Shown: positions 37,801 to 48,800 of the stretch, in pieces
Numbering within the stretch: the first letter of the stretch is position 1
Layout: each line of letters starts with the position of its first letter
DNA from: Oopsacas minuta
Taxonomy: Eukaryota; Animalia; Porifera
DNA length: 64,000 bases
Reading direction: 5' to 3'
Assembly (NCBI GenBank): GCA_024704765.1
Contig: JAKMXF010000308.1
Location: 186,001-250,000 of the forward strand
Notes under the pieces: model-generated
Seen by the model: the letters and a program-made list of their open reading frames with translations, nothing else
The model's database searches: none
Told to the model about the DNA's origin: nothing
Made by a program: the position numbers and the translations under genes

Positions 37801-38750
37801 TTCGATGATTTGGCTGTGTTTGTTTGTGTGTCTACGTCTGTTTGTCCAGAAATATTTGTGGAGTATGAGATATCGCATAATTGTGTTTATCGTGGTTATC
37901 AAGGAAGTAAAGTAAATAGAATTCAATAAAACTCTATTAAATACATATAAAGAATAGCTGAATCTGATTTTCACACTTCTGAATTAATCATATGTAAAAT
38001 TATGTGTTAGTTTTATGAATATAAAGTAAACATCCAAAAATCTCAAATGAACATGGAGACTTGCTCTTACCGGCTACATTGGGGTAGCAAAGAACGCTCA
38101 ATCCTAATTTCGTATTTTTAAGTTTCTCATGTGAAAATTTATTGTTGTTTTTATGAGTATAAAGTAAACAAATTATTGTAATCTTGAAATAATCGTAGAG
38201 ACTTGCTCTTAACGGCTATACATATACATGGGTGATCAGTACGCTGAATTTTTCAAGTTTCACACATTTAATTTTGTTAGATATTAATTTCACAAATTTC
38301 TATTTTGTTAATTGGCTTATCTGTGTGTTCGTGATTCAGCTACAGATTGAATAAACTAGCTAATAGTTCAATGTAAATCACTTTTTCTTCGTCCAGCCTA
38401 TTCTCATATCAAATGTGACTTTGGTCATTTTCATATTTTTTATGAATGAACCATTTTTCCCGCTGATCACATAATAATGAGATAATGATGATGAGCCGCG
38501 CGCCCGCATGCATGGTCAGGTGGATCTTATGTGGAGCTGAATCAAGTTTCTCATTAAAAGTGGCCTAAAGTAAACAAATAATTGAAATATAAAACATCTG
38601 TAGAGAGAGTCTAGACTCTAGAGACTTGCTCTTAATAGTCCAGTTGCCAGAGGGTAAAATCGAGTTGTTGTAGAAGGAAGGTTTTATGATGGTTTCTAGC
38701 ATTTTCTGAGTCAGAATCCACCGGGTGCCAAGCTGGAATTTTTTAAATTT

Positions 38751-38934
38751 ACATAAACCTTAGGGCGGTCGGCCGTATTTTGGCGGACTTTTGCTTATAA
38801 TTTTCGTTTTTGACGATATCAGAAACTGAGATTAGTGCCATTCGAAACTGCATAGTTGGCTTACTTTGCTATGTGAAAACGAACCCGATTGAAAGAAGAA
38901 ATTTTTCCCAGCCGACACGTCCTAAGGTTTATGT
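38751..38934. mobile_element. MITE with about 25-bp TIRs
   Basis: ACATAAACCTTAGGGCGGTCGGC at the left end; GCCGACACGTCCTAAGGTTTATGT at the right end. Confidence 0.7.
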
Positions 38935-39334
38935 GAATGCTCAAGGTTGCTAGCTACCACAACTCGGTTCTGGCGACTGGACTACGTGAGCGGCTACAAT
39001 GGGTAACAAAGTACGCTGGATCTGAATTTCGCTTAGTTGGATTTTAACAGCTTCAAAAGTTTATTGTGGGGATTTGTGGCAGAAAATGAATATTGGATTT
39101 GGCAGTAAAGCCAAGAAATCATTATTTGTGTTGATGAACACCTCAGAAAGTTTGAAACTATGTACGGAAAGTACAATAAAGCCTTTTTTTCGACTATATC
39201 GAATACACTCTAAATTTATGGAAAAGTTATCAGTTCAGTAAATATTTGAAACTGGTAGATAAAAAACACAAGAATTAAGGATCTGATATTATTGACAATC
39301 TTCTCTTATATTTCTACTATCAAAACAGATATTA

Positions 39335-40360
39335 ATGCTCAAAAATTTGACTCATCTAGTTTCCCTCACTAATTCAACTAACTTGTCTATGCAAATGGAT
39401 TTCAATTTGTTGATAGGAGTCCTACTTGCCACTTCTTCAAGTGCTTTTATTGGTGCTAGCTTCATTATTAAGAAGAAGGGACTATTGAAAGTTTCTCGGA
39501 ATTCAGAATTAAGAGCTGGCAGAGGAGGTTACGCCTATCTGAGGGAATGGCTATGGTGGGTAGGACTCATAATGATGGCTTTAGGAGAAGCTGCCAATTT
39601 CACAGCCTACGCATTTGCTCCTCCCATCTTGGTAACACCTCTAGGAGCTCTCAGTGTTATCGTGACTGCTATCTTGGCTGCTTATTTCCTGAATGAATGT
39701 CTTAATACGATTGGTAAGATAGGCTGTTTGCTGTGTATAGTCGGATCTGTTGTTATTATTCTACACGCCCCAGGAGAAGGAGAGCTACCTAACCTACACA
39801 CAGTTACTACTTATATATTCTCACCGCTCTTTCTCATATATGCAATATCTGCAATTATTATTTCACTAGTTCTAATAATTCATATTGCCCCAAGGTATGG
39901 AAATACTAACATTTTAGTTTATATATCGATCTGCTCGCTCATCGGGTCTCTGACTGTAGTCATGACCAAGTGTCTAAGTGTAGCCCTCAGACTCACGATT
40001 GAAGGAGACAACCAGTTCGGACAGTTGACAGGCTGGCTGTTCCTTCTCGGAATGCTTGTAACACTTCTTACTCAGATGAACTATCTGAACAGGGCACTAG
40101 ACATGTTCAACACATCCATAGTAACACCTATATACTACGTGTTATTCACGAGTCTAACTATAATAGCTTCAGCGATTTTCCTACGAGAATACCAGCTGAT
40201 AGGACTGAGAGACTGGGTTGGAATCATATGTGGATTCGGTACTATTATTTGCGGAATATTTCTCCTAAATACTTTCAAAGATCTTGACTTGAGCAAGTTT
40301 AAGATAGTAATTACTAAGGAATCTTTGGAACAGAAAAAGGAATTATTAGAGAGTATTTGA
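39335..40360 (+). CDS. NIPA2: NIPA-family magnesium transporter (NIPA2-like), intronless
   Basis: SSAFIGASFIIKKKGL, GGYAYLREWLWWVG, GEAANFTAYAFAPPILVTPLGALSV, YISICSLIGSL, NYLNRALDMFNTSIVTPIYYV. The true start may be a downstream Met (39389). Confidence 0.93.
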   Translation: MLKNLTHLVSLTNSTNLSMQMDFNLLIGVLLATSSSAFIGASFIIKKKGLLKVSRNSELRAGRGGYAYLREWLWWVGLIMMALGEAANFTAYAFAPPILVTPLGALSVIVTAILAAYFLNECLNTIGKIGCLLCIVGSVVIILHAPGEGELPNLHTVTTYIFSPLFLIYAISAIIISLVLIIHIAPRYGNTNILVYISICSLIGSLTVVMTKCLSVALRLTIEGDNQFGQLTGWLFLLGMLVTLLTQMNYLNRALDMFNTSIVTPIYYVLFTSLTIIASAIFLREYQLIGLRDWVGIICGFGTIICGIFLLNTFKDLDLSKFKIVITKESLEQKKELLESI

Positions 40361-40585
40361 ATTTATAATGTTATCAATAGAAGTAGATAGAATATATTCT
40401 TATGTCTATACTCAGCAATAATATTAAATTCAATAATGTTTATTACTAAAGTATTAATGCAATAAAATAGCAATTTTAGATCTTAGCTATCTCTATTATT
40501 CTGTAGCTGTATATAGTTTAATAATTATCCTTATTTAACCATCACTTTATATTGGACATCAGAAATAATTAGTTCATATGTGTTA

Positions 40586-41690
40586 GGGCTGTTAGCAAAC
40601 AAAAAAGGCCGAATTGTGTACATTGTGATAAAAGCATGAAACTTCTCACACTAATATTAGGCATTATGGAGACTATTTTAAGGACTAGAGGCCACCTAGA
40701 TTTGCCATATATCAACCATTGTCAGCTAATTTCAAATATTAGTCCGGTATTGAAATCGCCGGTGCTGTCAATGTATGCTAGCTAATTTAATTGCATTCAG
40801 ATGAACTTTGTATGGTCAAATTCGTGTTCCCCGCTAAAATTTCCAGCAGATTAATATATGCATATATTGACCACATTTGGAGGACTTTCCTAGCAAAGGA
40901 AATACCCTTAGGAATGTGACAACATTCCATTCTCGAATTTTGTCCCAACCCAGGGATGTAGTGTAGGAGTAGAGGCGCTCCCTCACTTTAACTTGATTAT
41001 TGTTATTCTATTATAATAAAGGTAGATTAAATTTTCCAGAGTAGCCCTTCTTTCGTACTCTAGTCAACTCTCTTAATGGGGTAACATCGGCTCCAGGCCA
41101 TTTCCAACCAATTAAGCGGATTAAACGTGTTGGCCCGGTCTCAGGAATTATTTAACATCGCACTGCACTGTTTTGGCCAAGTGATCCTATCAACCGTGTG
41201 GCATTTAGAATATTCTGGACCATTATAACAACGGTGCAATTGGGCTTTGCCATACTGTCTCTCAATACTTAATGGCCTCTACACCTACAGTCATGTGAAA
41301 TTCCATAAAAGATTATTTCATTATTTTTCAACTTACTCAGGGATGTGGCAAAGAGTAGTAAAAGGGACCTAGAATTCAATACTGACGCTTTTAGACTATT
41401 ATTTAATATAGAATCGTTTGGTAAGAATGGATTTCGGAGTTGATTGTCACATCTGCTCTGAAGAAGGACAACAATATTTGGAAGTATTTTAGTTTATATT
41501 ACTCGTGATTGGACTACATGTTTTCGTTGATAGAAAATAAGTTTGTTTTACCAATTTTTGCGTAATATATTCTTTTGCAAGCGCTCCCCCACTATAAATT
41601 TGAGCACTACACCCCTGTCCCAACCCAATCGAGTGACTCTTTGTTCGACGCTGCTTGGTTAGTTAAGTCTATTTACACACACTTTAGGTT
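40586..41690. mobile_element. Non-autonomous element starting TTA|GGGCTGTTAG (PIF/Harbinger-like by terminus), interrupted by a hAT insertion
   Basis: 40586-40820 matches the reverse complement of about 57520-57746 and partly 42790-42910. The sequences on either side of the hAT insertion rejoin to match 53170-53275. Confidence 0.55.
40951..41617. mobile_element. hAT-type non-autonomous element, 667 bp
   Basis: TIR CAGGGATGTAGTG / CACTACACCCCTG (12/13 match) and a perfect 8-bp TSD TCCCAACC at 40943-50 and 41618-25. Confidence 0.9.
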
Positions 41691-41894
41691 AAGTTGATGA
41701 TAAAAAATTTTAGGTTGAATTGTCAATTTCTTCGCCTTATTATGAATAATCGCTGAAATGTAACTGGTGGGGATGGGAATAATCCAAATTCTATCACTGG
41801 AATTATGTCATTAAATAAAAACGTCTCTTTTTTCTAAGGATATTTTCCGTTGCTTGGGAAAAATCGCTCCAAATATGGTCAATATATATATATA

Positions 41895-42115
41895 CACCGT
41901 AAACTGGGGCTACTTTGGCCCACTGAATTTGCTTTAGCCCAAATATTGAAATTTGCTTACGTATCGGATAGATATTGTATTTGTATTCGAAATTGTCTAC
42001 CGATATTTGAAAATTCGTTAAAAATTTTGCCAAGTCATTTTCAAGTATAATACTGAATCTAATCTAGTTTCTTTGAAACTTTGATATTTGGGCCAAAGTA
42101 GCCCAGTTTACGGTA
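41895..42115. mobile_element. TA-flanked MITE
   Basis: TIR (C/T)ACCGTAAACTGG(G)GCTACTTTGGCCC at both ends, in a TA-rich flank. Confidence 0.8.
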
Positions 42116-43542
42116 TATAATTTAGGGTACATCAGTTGCCACTTATATTGAAAACAACACGGCTCATTATTTTGTATGTTATTTACATCCTAAAGAATCA
42201 TTATGTACAATTTCATTGGAATTCAACGAGAGTTTAGGCGTGCGTAATTCAATTATTCCAAAGTACAGGAATTGCAATGGGATTTGGCTGGATTTTTTGC
42301 ACAATTATCCAAACGTGTAAATCTGATTGGACTGAAAACTATATACCATATATTTGGTATATTTGGAGTGGCTTGTATGTGCTTATAATACACATTTATA
42401 GTTTATAGATTATCTCTTCCTATTTATATGAGAATAACAAATGTGACTCGCTAATATTATCCTATGAGGCCATCAAAAATAAAATGCCAAATATCTCTTA
42501 AACAGTGCAAATCAGGTCATCAAAATGCATCTTTAGTAAATACAAACTCCCAAATTACCCAAATCTAAGGTGAAACACTAGACCAATAAGAAATACACTT
42601 ATCGGAAACCTTTCCTGAAAACCGGAAAAATCCCATTGAAAATCGGTACTTTGGATAATCGAATACGCACCCCTAAACCCTTGTAGATTTCCGATGAAAT
42701 TGTATATTATGAATATTTAGTATACGTAAATAACATAAAAAATGGTAAGCAATGTGTTGTTTCTAATTTAAGGAGCAACTGATTCACCCTAATATATATA
42801 TATCAAACTGCTAGAAATGTTATTCTTAGCACGATATGACCATATAATGTTGATCTGAATGCAATTAAATTAGCTAGCAAACATTGACAGCATTGGCGAT
42901 TTCAATACCCCAGAGGGTAGCATTGATGCCCTGTCAAGACTGATCTAATATCTAATGTCAATATAACCCAGGGGTGTATTCTGTCATAGGACAGATTATG
43001 CCCTGCTATTTTCTGAGCTGCTACATCGGGCCAAAATGTCTGGAATATTCTGTCCAGGCCTCCAGGGAAAATTTTTGTTCTGACCTGACCTACAATTACT
43101 GGTAAGGGTGAGTAGACTACTTATAAATTATTTAACTACCGAAGGTCCCACGGTAGCTCCATAACCTGAAATAGCATGAAAATTCATGTTGTTATAGTAA
43201 TTGGAAAATATTACTATTGTAATCAGAATATTCGAAAACCTCTTCAAATCAAATTTGAGTTTTGTATTCTTTCGATTTGATAGTCTGATATGTAAAGTGA
43301 CGTCATTTGTATTTGAAATATTTTGTGGTTACTTCAGATGATATATCAATTTCTAAAGAAGTATTTTGCATTCCATTTCTCCTAACAATTGTATTTATTA
43401 TTAGTACATGGATAGTCTCGAAATAAAATGATACAAAGAACCACACACTCTAAATTTAATTGCTTATAAATTCTATTTTAAACTGGAAAATGTGATCGGA
43501 AACTTTAGGCCCCTTTAAAATAGTGGAAAAACTTATCGTGGG

Positions 43543-45670
43543 CACTATGTGGGCAGAAAATCTGAGCACTTTAATTCATTCATAATTGAGTAGTCCTCAA
43601 AATAAAACCATTCACAGACTTCCCGAAAATCCCCGAAAGTGCTGGTGAATATTTTTAATTAAATCGGAAACCTAAATTTTTAGTTTTTAATATTTTCCTG
43701 CATTGAACGATATTAGATATTTATAATGAATAACAAGGAGGCATTTGATTTCTTAAACTCTCACTAGTCTGTTAGAGAAACTACACATGTTTTCTTGGAA
43801 CAATTTCAAATCCCTGAAGCAGAGATCCACTCTATTCGTCGGATGTTCTCCCAACTTAAATCTGACCGCAATATCTACAGCAAACGAAGTGATCTACTCA
43901 CTTGGGAAGGGCTTCTATTTCACTCTCTTCACATTGCCAGTCCTCTGAAAAAACGCCTCAGTGAAACAAGTATAGTGTTTCAGTGTGAACTAACCCAGGA
44001 AGGTAGAAAACCATTGTCTGAATTAACAAACAAGGGACTCAGACATGGATTAAGACCAATTTTCGATTTCAATTCATCTGTAGCTCAGAGCGAGGATGTT
44101 AATCCGATTGAAATTGCAACCTATGTCCTAAAGTTATATGGTGGTGAAGCAAGAAACTATGAAATGATTAACTTTTATCAGCAATTAATCGAACATGCGA
44201 CATTCGTAAGTGCTGTGAAGCGGTTACATTTGAACAAGTCATTGTTCTGTTAGATTTTTAGGAAATCGGGAAACGTAAGTACACAAAAATGCGAAAATTG
44301 TGTAAGCCAGAAAGCATAGTCTTCCCTCCATATAATATACTTTCTGACTATCGTGTGCTAGAAATATACTCTCATCTGATATTCTTGCAATTCAAAATTC
44401 AGATGACGTCAATATTGGTATCGGAATTTCTTATAGATCCATCTTGAAACAAACTGTGTTAAGGTTATTGGAAATTGTCCCTGAAACACTTGAGAGTTAA
44501 TATCCCTTAAGTTTAAGATCTCAGATGGCTTAGATGGCTCAGGGTGTCATAAAATCTACAATCAATTTGATGGAATACCGAAGTTCAACACCAAAAATTT
44601 TATCTTTTTGGATTTAATGTTATTCACTAATTGACTCATCTGTGACTACTGTTTGGTCAAATGACATTCCAAATTCACCATTTTGTGTACGACATATTGC
44701 ATTATTGGCTCAAAAGGAAAACCAAGAGAACATCAAATATCTACTGGGACAGCATTGTTAACTCCGAAGTTAATTCAATCACACAAGAGGGTATTCTACT
44801 TCCCAAAGGATTTGTAAATGTGACATTTCACCGCACCATGATAGATGGTAAGATGTTAGGGATTTTAAGTAGAGCAGGTGACGCCCATTGCCAACTATGT
44901 ACTGCCAATAAATCTGAATTAAAAGACTTAGAAATAGTAAGGTCAGGATTTCCAATCAACAGGAGCATTACTACTGCTAAAGAAATATTTTCTATAGTTG
45001 ATGAAGAAGAATATTTCTTGCTCCCTTTTATACAACATCATGGCTTGACCCATCCACCACTCTCAAGCATAGACATAATTCCTGCATCTCCTCTACATAC
45101 ATTTGTGTCTTTCATTGGTACATGAATTTAATATATCACATACGTTCAGGCACGTATAAGTGGTCACCTTCCTCCAGAGTTATAGTTGATCCTATGAAAT
45201 TTGCTTGCGACCTTTTATATGAAAAGACTGGTATGAAAATTGATCAACCAAGTACTGACGGAGGGACAACTTCCACAGGGAATTTTGTAGATCTTGTTTC
45301 TCAATAAGAAAAACTTCATCTATTGGGTGTGTACCATGATTCCACCAGATCTGAGTGAACCAATACGTACTTTACAAACCAAACTTTCTGTATTGTTACG
45401 CGTCTTTAACTCTAACCAAGCAATTGACACAGACAAATTGGATTCGCTTTGTTGCAAAGAAACCTATGAATCAATACTCATCGATTTTCCATGGGCAAGT
45501 ATAACTCCTTCACTTCACAGACTACTAGCTCATTCTCCAGAATTAATTAGAGATTGTAACAATGGTTTCGGACTGAAGGACTTTTCTGAGGAAGCAGTCG
45601 AGGCATGCAATAAGTTGATTAGAAAATACTGTGAACAACTTGCCAGAAAGATGTCATTTACATCCATAGC
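43543..45670 (+). mobile_element. Degenerate Transib/RAG1-like transposon, left end present, right end missing
   Basis: Begins CACTATGTGGGCAGAAAA at 43543, 183 bp before the transposase ATG at 43726. No matching CATAGTG terminus was found downstream. Confidence 0.8.
43726..45665 (+). pseudogene. Transib/RAG1-core-like DDE transposase pseudogene (about 640 codons)
   Basis: GRKPLSELTNKGLRHGL (NBD-like), IGKRKYTKMRK, VFPPYNILSDYR, KISDGLDGSG (D at 44533), PNSPFCVRHIALL, TMIDGK (D at 44844), HCQLC, SPLH, STGN, TPSLHRLLAH and FSEEAVEACNKLIRKY (E at 45600). Multiple stops (e.g. 43765, 44498) and frameshifts. Confidence 0.9.
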
Positions 45671-45880
45671 TAATATAATCTCTCTGAGCACAACATACTA
45701 TCTATTATAATAATTGATAACATATGTTGAGGATTATTAATTATCTTTGCTAGATCATGTTCAATATCAATACATAAATTACTTCTATCCATTACGTAGA
45801 TCACATAACTTGTTGTAATACAGGAATGAACTGTTAGATGTCTTACACAATAATACTACTTGTATATAATTTATCTCAAA

Positions 45881-48800
45881 TCAGGATTCTACTGGATCTA
45901 TATCCTGAGAAATACGGGCTAGTTTCCTAAGAGCTTTCAACCTTTCTGCTGTGCGGTTCATCTCATCAGCTTTCTTTTTCGCCAGAGATATAATCTCAGA
46001 ATTAATTCCAGCAAGTTTTGCTACATTGAATCCGTAGCTTTTGGGACAAGACCCTTCAGCCAGTTTGTACAAGAATATAATAGACTCAGATTCTTTATCA
46101 TCATCTTCACTCACAAGACACTGCATGTGACCCAGCTGTACTCCAGCCCATCCTCTAGCTTCATCCAGTATGCTGTGGTAGTGAGTGGAAAATAGAGTCA
46201 GACACTTTACTTTAGAGACTAGTGTATCGAGAACAGAAGAAGCAATTGCTGTTCCGTCAAAAGTGGCTGTTCCCCTCCCGAACTCATCCAGCAGGACCAA
46301 CGAATGAGAGTCTGCATTTCTCAAAATAGAAGCTGTCTCACTCAGCTCTACAAAGAAAGTGCTCTCTCCAGCTAGAATGCGGTCTGAGGCTCCCAGCCTT
46401 GAGAATATCCTGGTCAAAGGAGTGAGCTGACAGGATTTGGCCGGTACATAGCAGCCCATCTGAGCTAGAATCACAATAGCGCCAGCTTGTCTTATCAGTG
46501 TACTCTTCCCGCCCATATTCGGGCCTGTTATTATCATGCAATGTGAGCTTGTCTCCTCTGCACCTAAGTAGTGTTCAAATTATCAATTAAATTCCCCTTT
46601 AAAAGTAAAACACGAATACGTATTTACTATTATAATAATACATATATAGCAAATTTCTGAGATCCAGGCAGTCTTGCTCGGATCTCAGAAAGAATATACT
46701 CTATGATAGATCTAATGTTATACATTATACATACATTATATGAAACGCAATCGTTTTGTTCTTATGTTATATTATTGCTATTTAGGTAATTCCTTTTGGT
46801 TTGTAGTAAAATAAAACTAATCTTTCTAATAATGGCTGAAGAAATGGCGGACCTATCCCTGGAAGACATAATTAAAAAGACTGGAATTTCGAGATCAGGC
46901 CGAGGCGGAGATCGGGGCTCTCGAAGTAGACGAGGATCCTCTCGTAGAGGAGGAGGGCTAAGTGCACCCAGAGACTCATTTCGATCCGGGTCCTACAATC
47001 TCCAGTCCTCTGAGCGTCTGGATAGGTGGCAACATGACATGTACAGAGGACAGTTCGTCAGAGATAGAGATAGATACAGCGGGGCTAAGTTAAACATCAG
47101 CAACTTAGACTTCGGAGTATCTGACAGCGATATCGAAGAGCTGTTTGGAGAATTCGGTCCCGTAAAGAAGGCAGGAGTACATTATGACTTTAGTGGAAGA
47201 TCGAAAGGAACAGCAGAAGTTATCTACTTCCGGAGTGAAGATGCTGAAAAAGCAATCAAACAATACAATGGAGTACCTCTGGACGGCAGACCTATGAAAA
47301 TAGAGATCGTGACAGGAAACCCTTCTTCCTCAAGTCGTATCACCTCTAGACGGCCTAGCAGGAGGATCGGTGGGAGGGGAGCTTCCAGAAGCCTAAGTAG
47401 TCCTAAAACTCCTCGAGTTATGCCTACAGCAGAAGAACTAGACGCACAATTAGAAAACTATCAAGCAGAGAAGGAGAAGTGAGGAGAGAAAGTCTCTACT
47501 GTTATTCTCAAATTACACTTAGAAATATTTACGGTACATTATCTACATTGATCTGAATCTTAACTGCATGTGTAGTCACATAATCTGAGAATAACAAATA
47601 TTAATTATTTCGTATATTTTAACATAATGTTATTGCTACGTAGCAAACTACAATGCTATACAGTTCAATTTGTTTGTTTATCAACAGAATCATTAGTAAC
47701 TAAGTAGGAAGTAACTAGTAGGTGAGGCCGTCGGAGTATGAAACTAAGAATATTAAAATATATTCATGTCAGTCAAAACACCCAAAATAGAATAATTACT
47801 TTTAATATGTTTCAAAGTATAAGCAGGCGCGTAGCTACCATAGGGCACAGGGGGGCATGTGGACCCCCAGGGGAGGACAGGGTAGCTGGAGGCTCGCCGT
47901 TATAGAAAGAATTGGATGAAATTAATAAGATTATATTATATCCCACTATTTGCCCACCACCCCAAATCAATTACCTATGCAGACATTACTATTGCATTAT
48001 ATATTGGCCACAGATTAGAGCATGAAAAGATCAGTACAGCTATTGATGATTTTGCCCGGGCGAGATCGAGCCAGGATTGTGAATGTTTTGTCGTGATTTC
48101 GTGATTTTTAAGTACATTAACAATTAACCTATTTACGTAATAAACAAACTTAAACAATTCATTCAACACGTTGTGAACTTTGTTAGAGGAAATTGACCGC
48201 AATTCTGAGGTTAGAAATAGGATCTGCTATAATTTCACTCCTCGACCTGGGAAATGACGACCCTGTAAACATGGCCAAATCCCGGCTAATTCGGGATTCC
48301 CTGTCAATCCCTAAGTAGAGCCAACCATCTTAGTCATTCTTAGACGTCTTAAGATTAGTTATATTGTACAAGTGGATGTACACATAGTCTAAGGATAAGG
48401 AATAACTCAGGATCGATCAATAAGTCAATTTTTTGGGGCAAATCCCGACAAACCAACCTAGGCAGCTCACTACCCTCGCTTTGTGCACCAATTTATACCC
48501 CACTGGCTACGCTACTGATAAGCCAAATTTAAATGTATTCAAATCTGACTAATCATATGATAAATCAAGTTATATAGAATGTGACTAAATGTACATAATA
48601 GTAAAGTCAAATAGTTTTTTTAATTTTGTTCTTTAACGGTCTGGACCTATAAGCCAGAAATTATTCGCTGATTCCTATCTCTATAGTATATAATATTTAT
48701 AGACAACAATTTAATACTGAGCCAATATACAAATGTCCCGATTTTCGGACATGTCTTGAGGCTAATGTTCCGCAAATACTTACACGAATTAACCAGGTTT

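Noticed and set aside
43543-43585. True 12/23 RSS (heptamer-spacer-nonamer)
   Set aside because: No ACAAAAACC-like nonamer at 12 or 23 nt spacing (CTGAGCACT and AATTCATTC respectively).
45670-45880. RAG2-like partner or right TIR beside the RAG1-like ORF (ProtoRAG layout)
   Set aside because: The convergent gene is MSH6. No kelch/PHD ORF and no CATAGTG end was found.
48420-48445. Sm-site-like AATTTTTTGG as an SL RNA/snRNA
   Set aside because: No recognisable leader, donor or snRNA structure; the context looks like a TE subterminal region.
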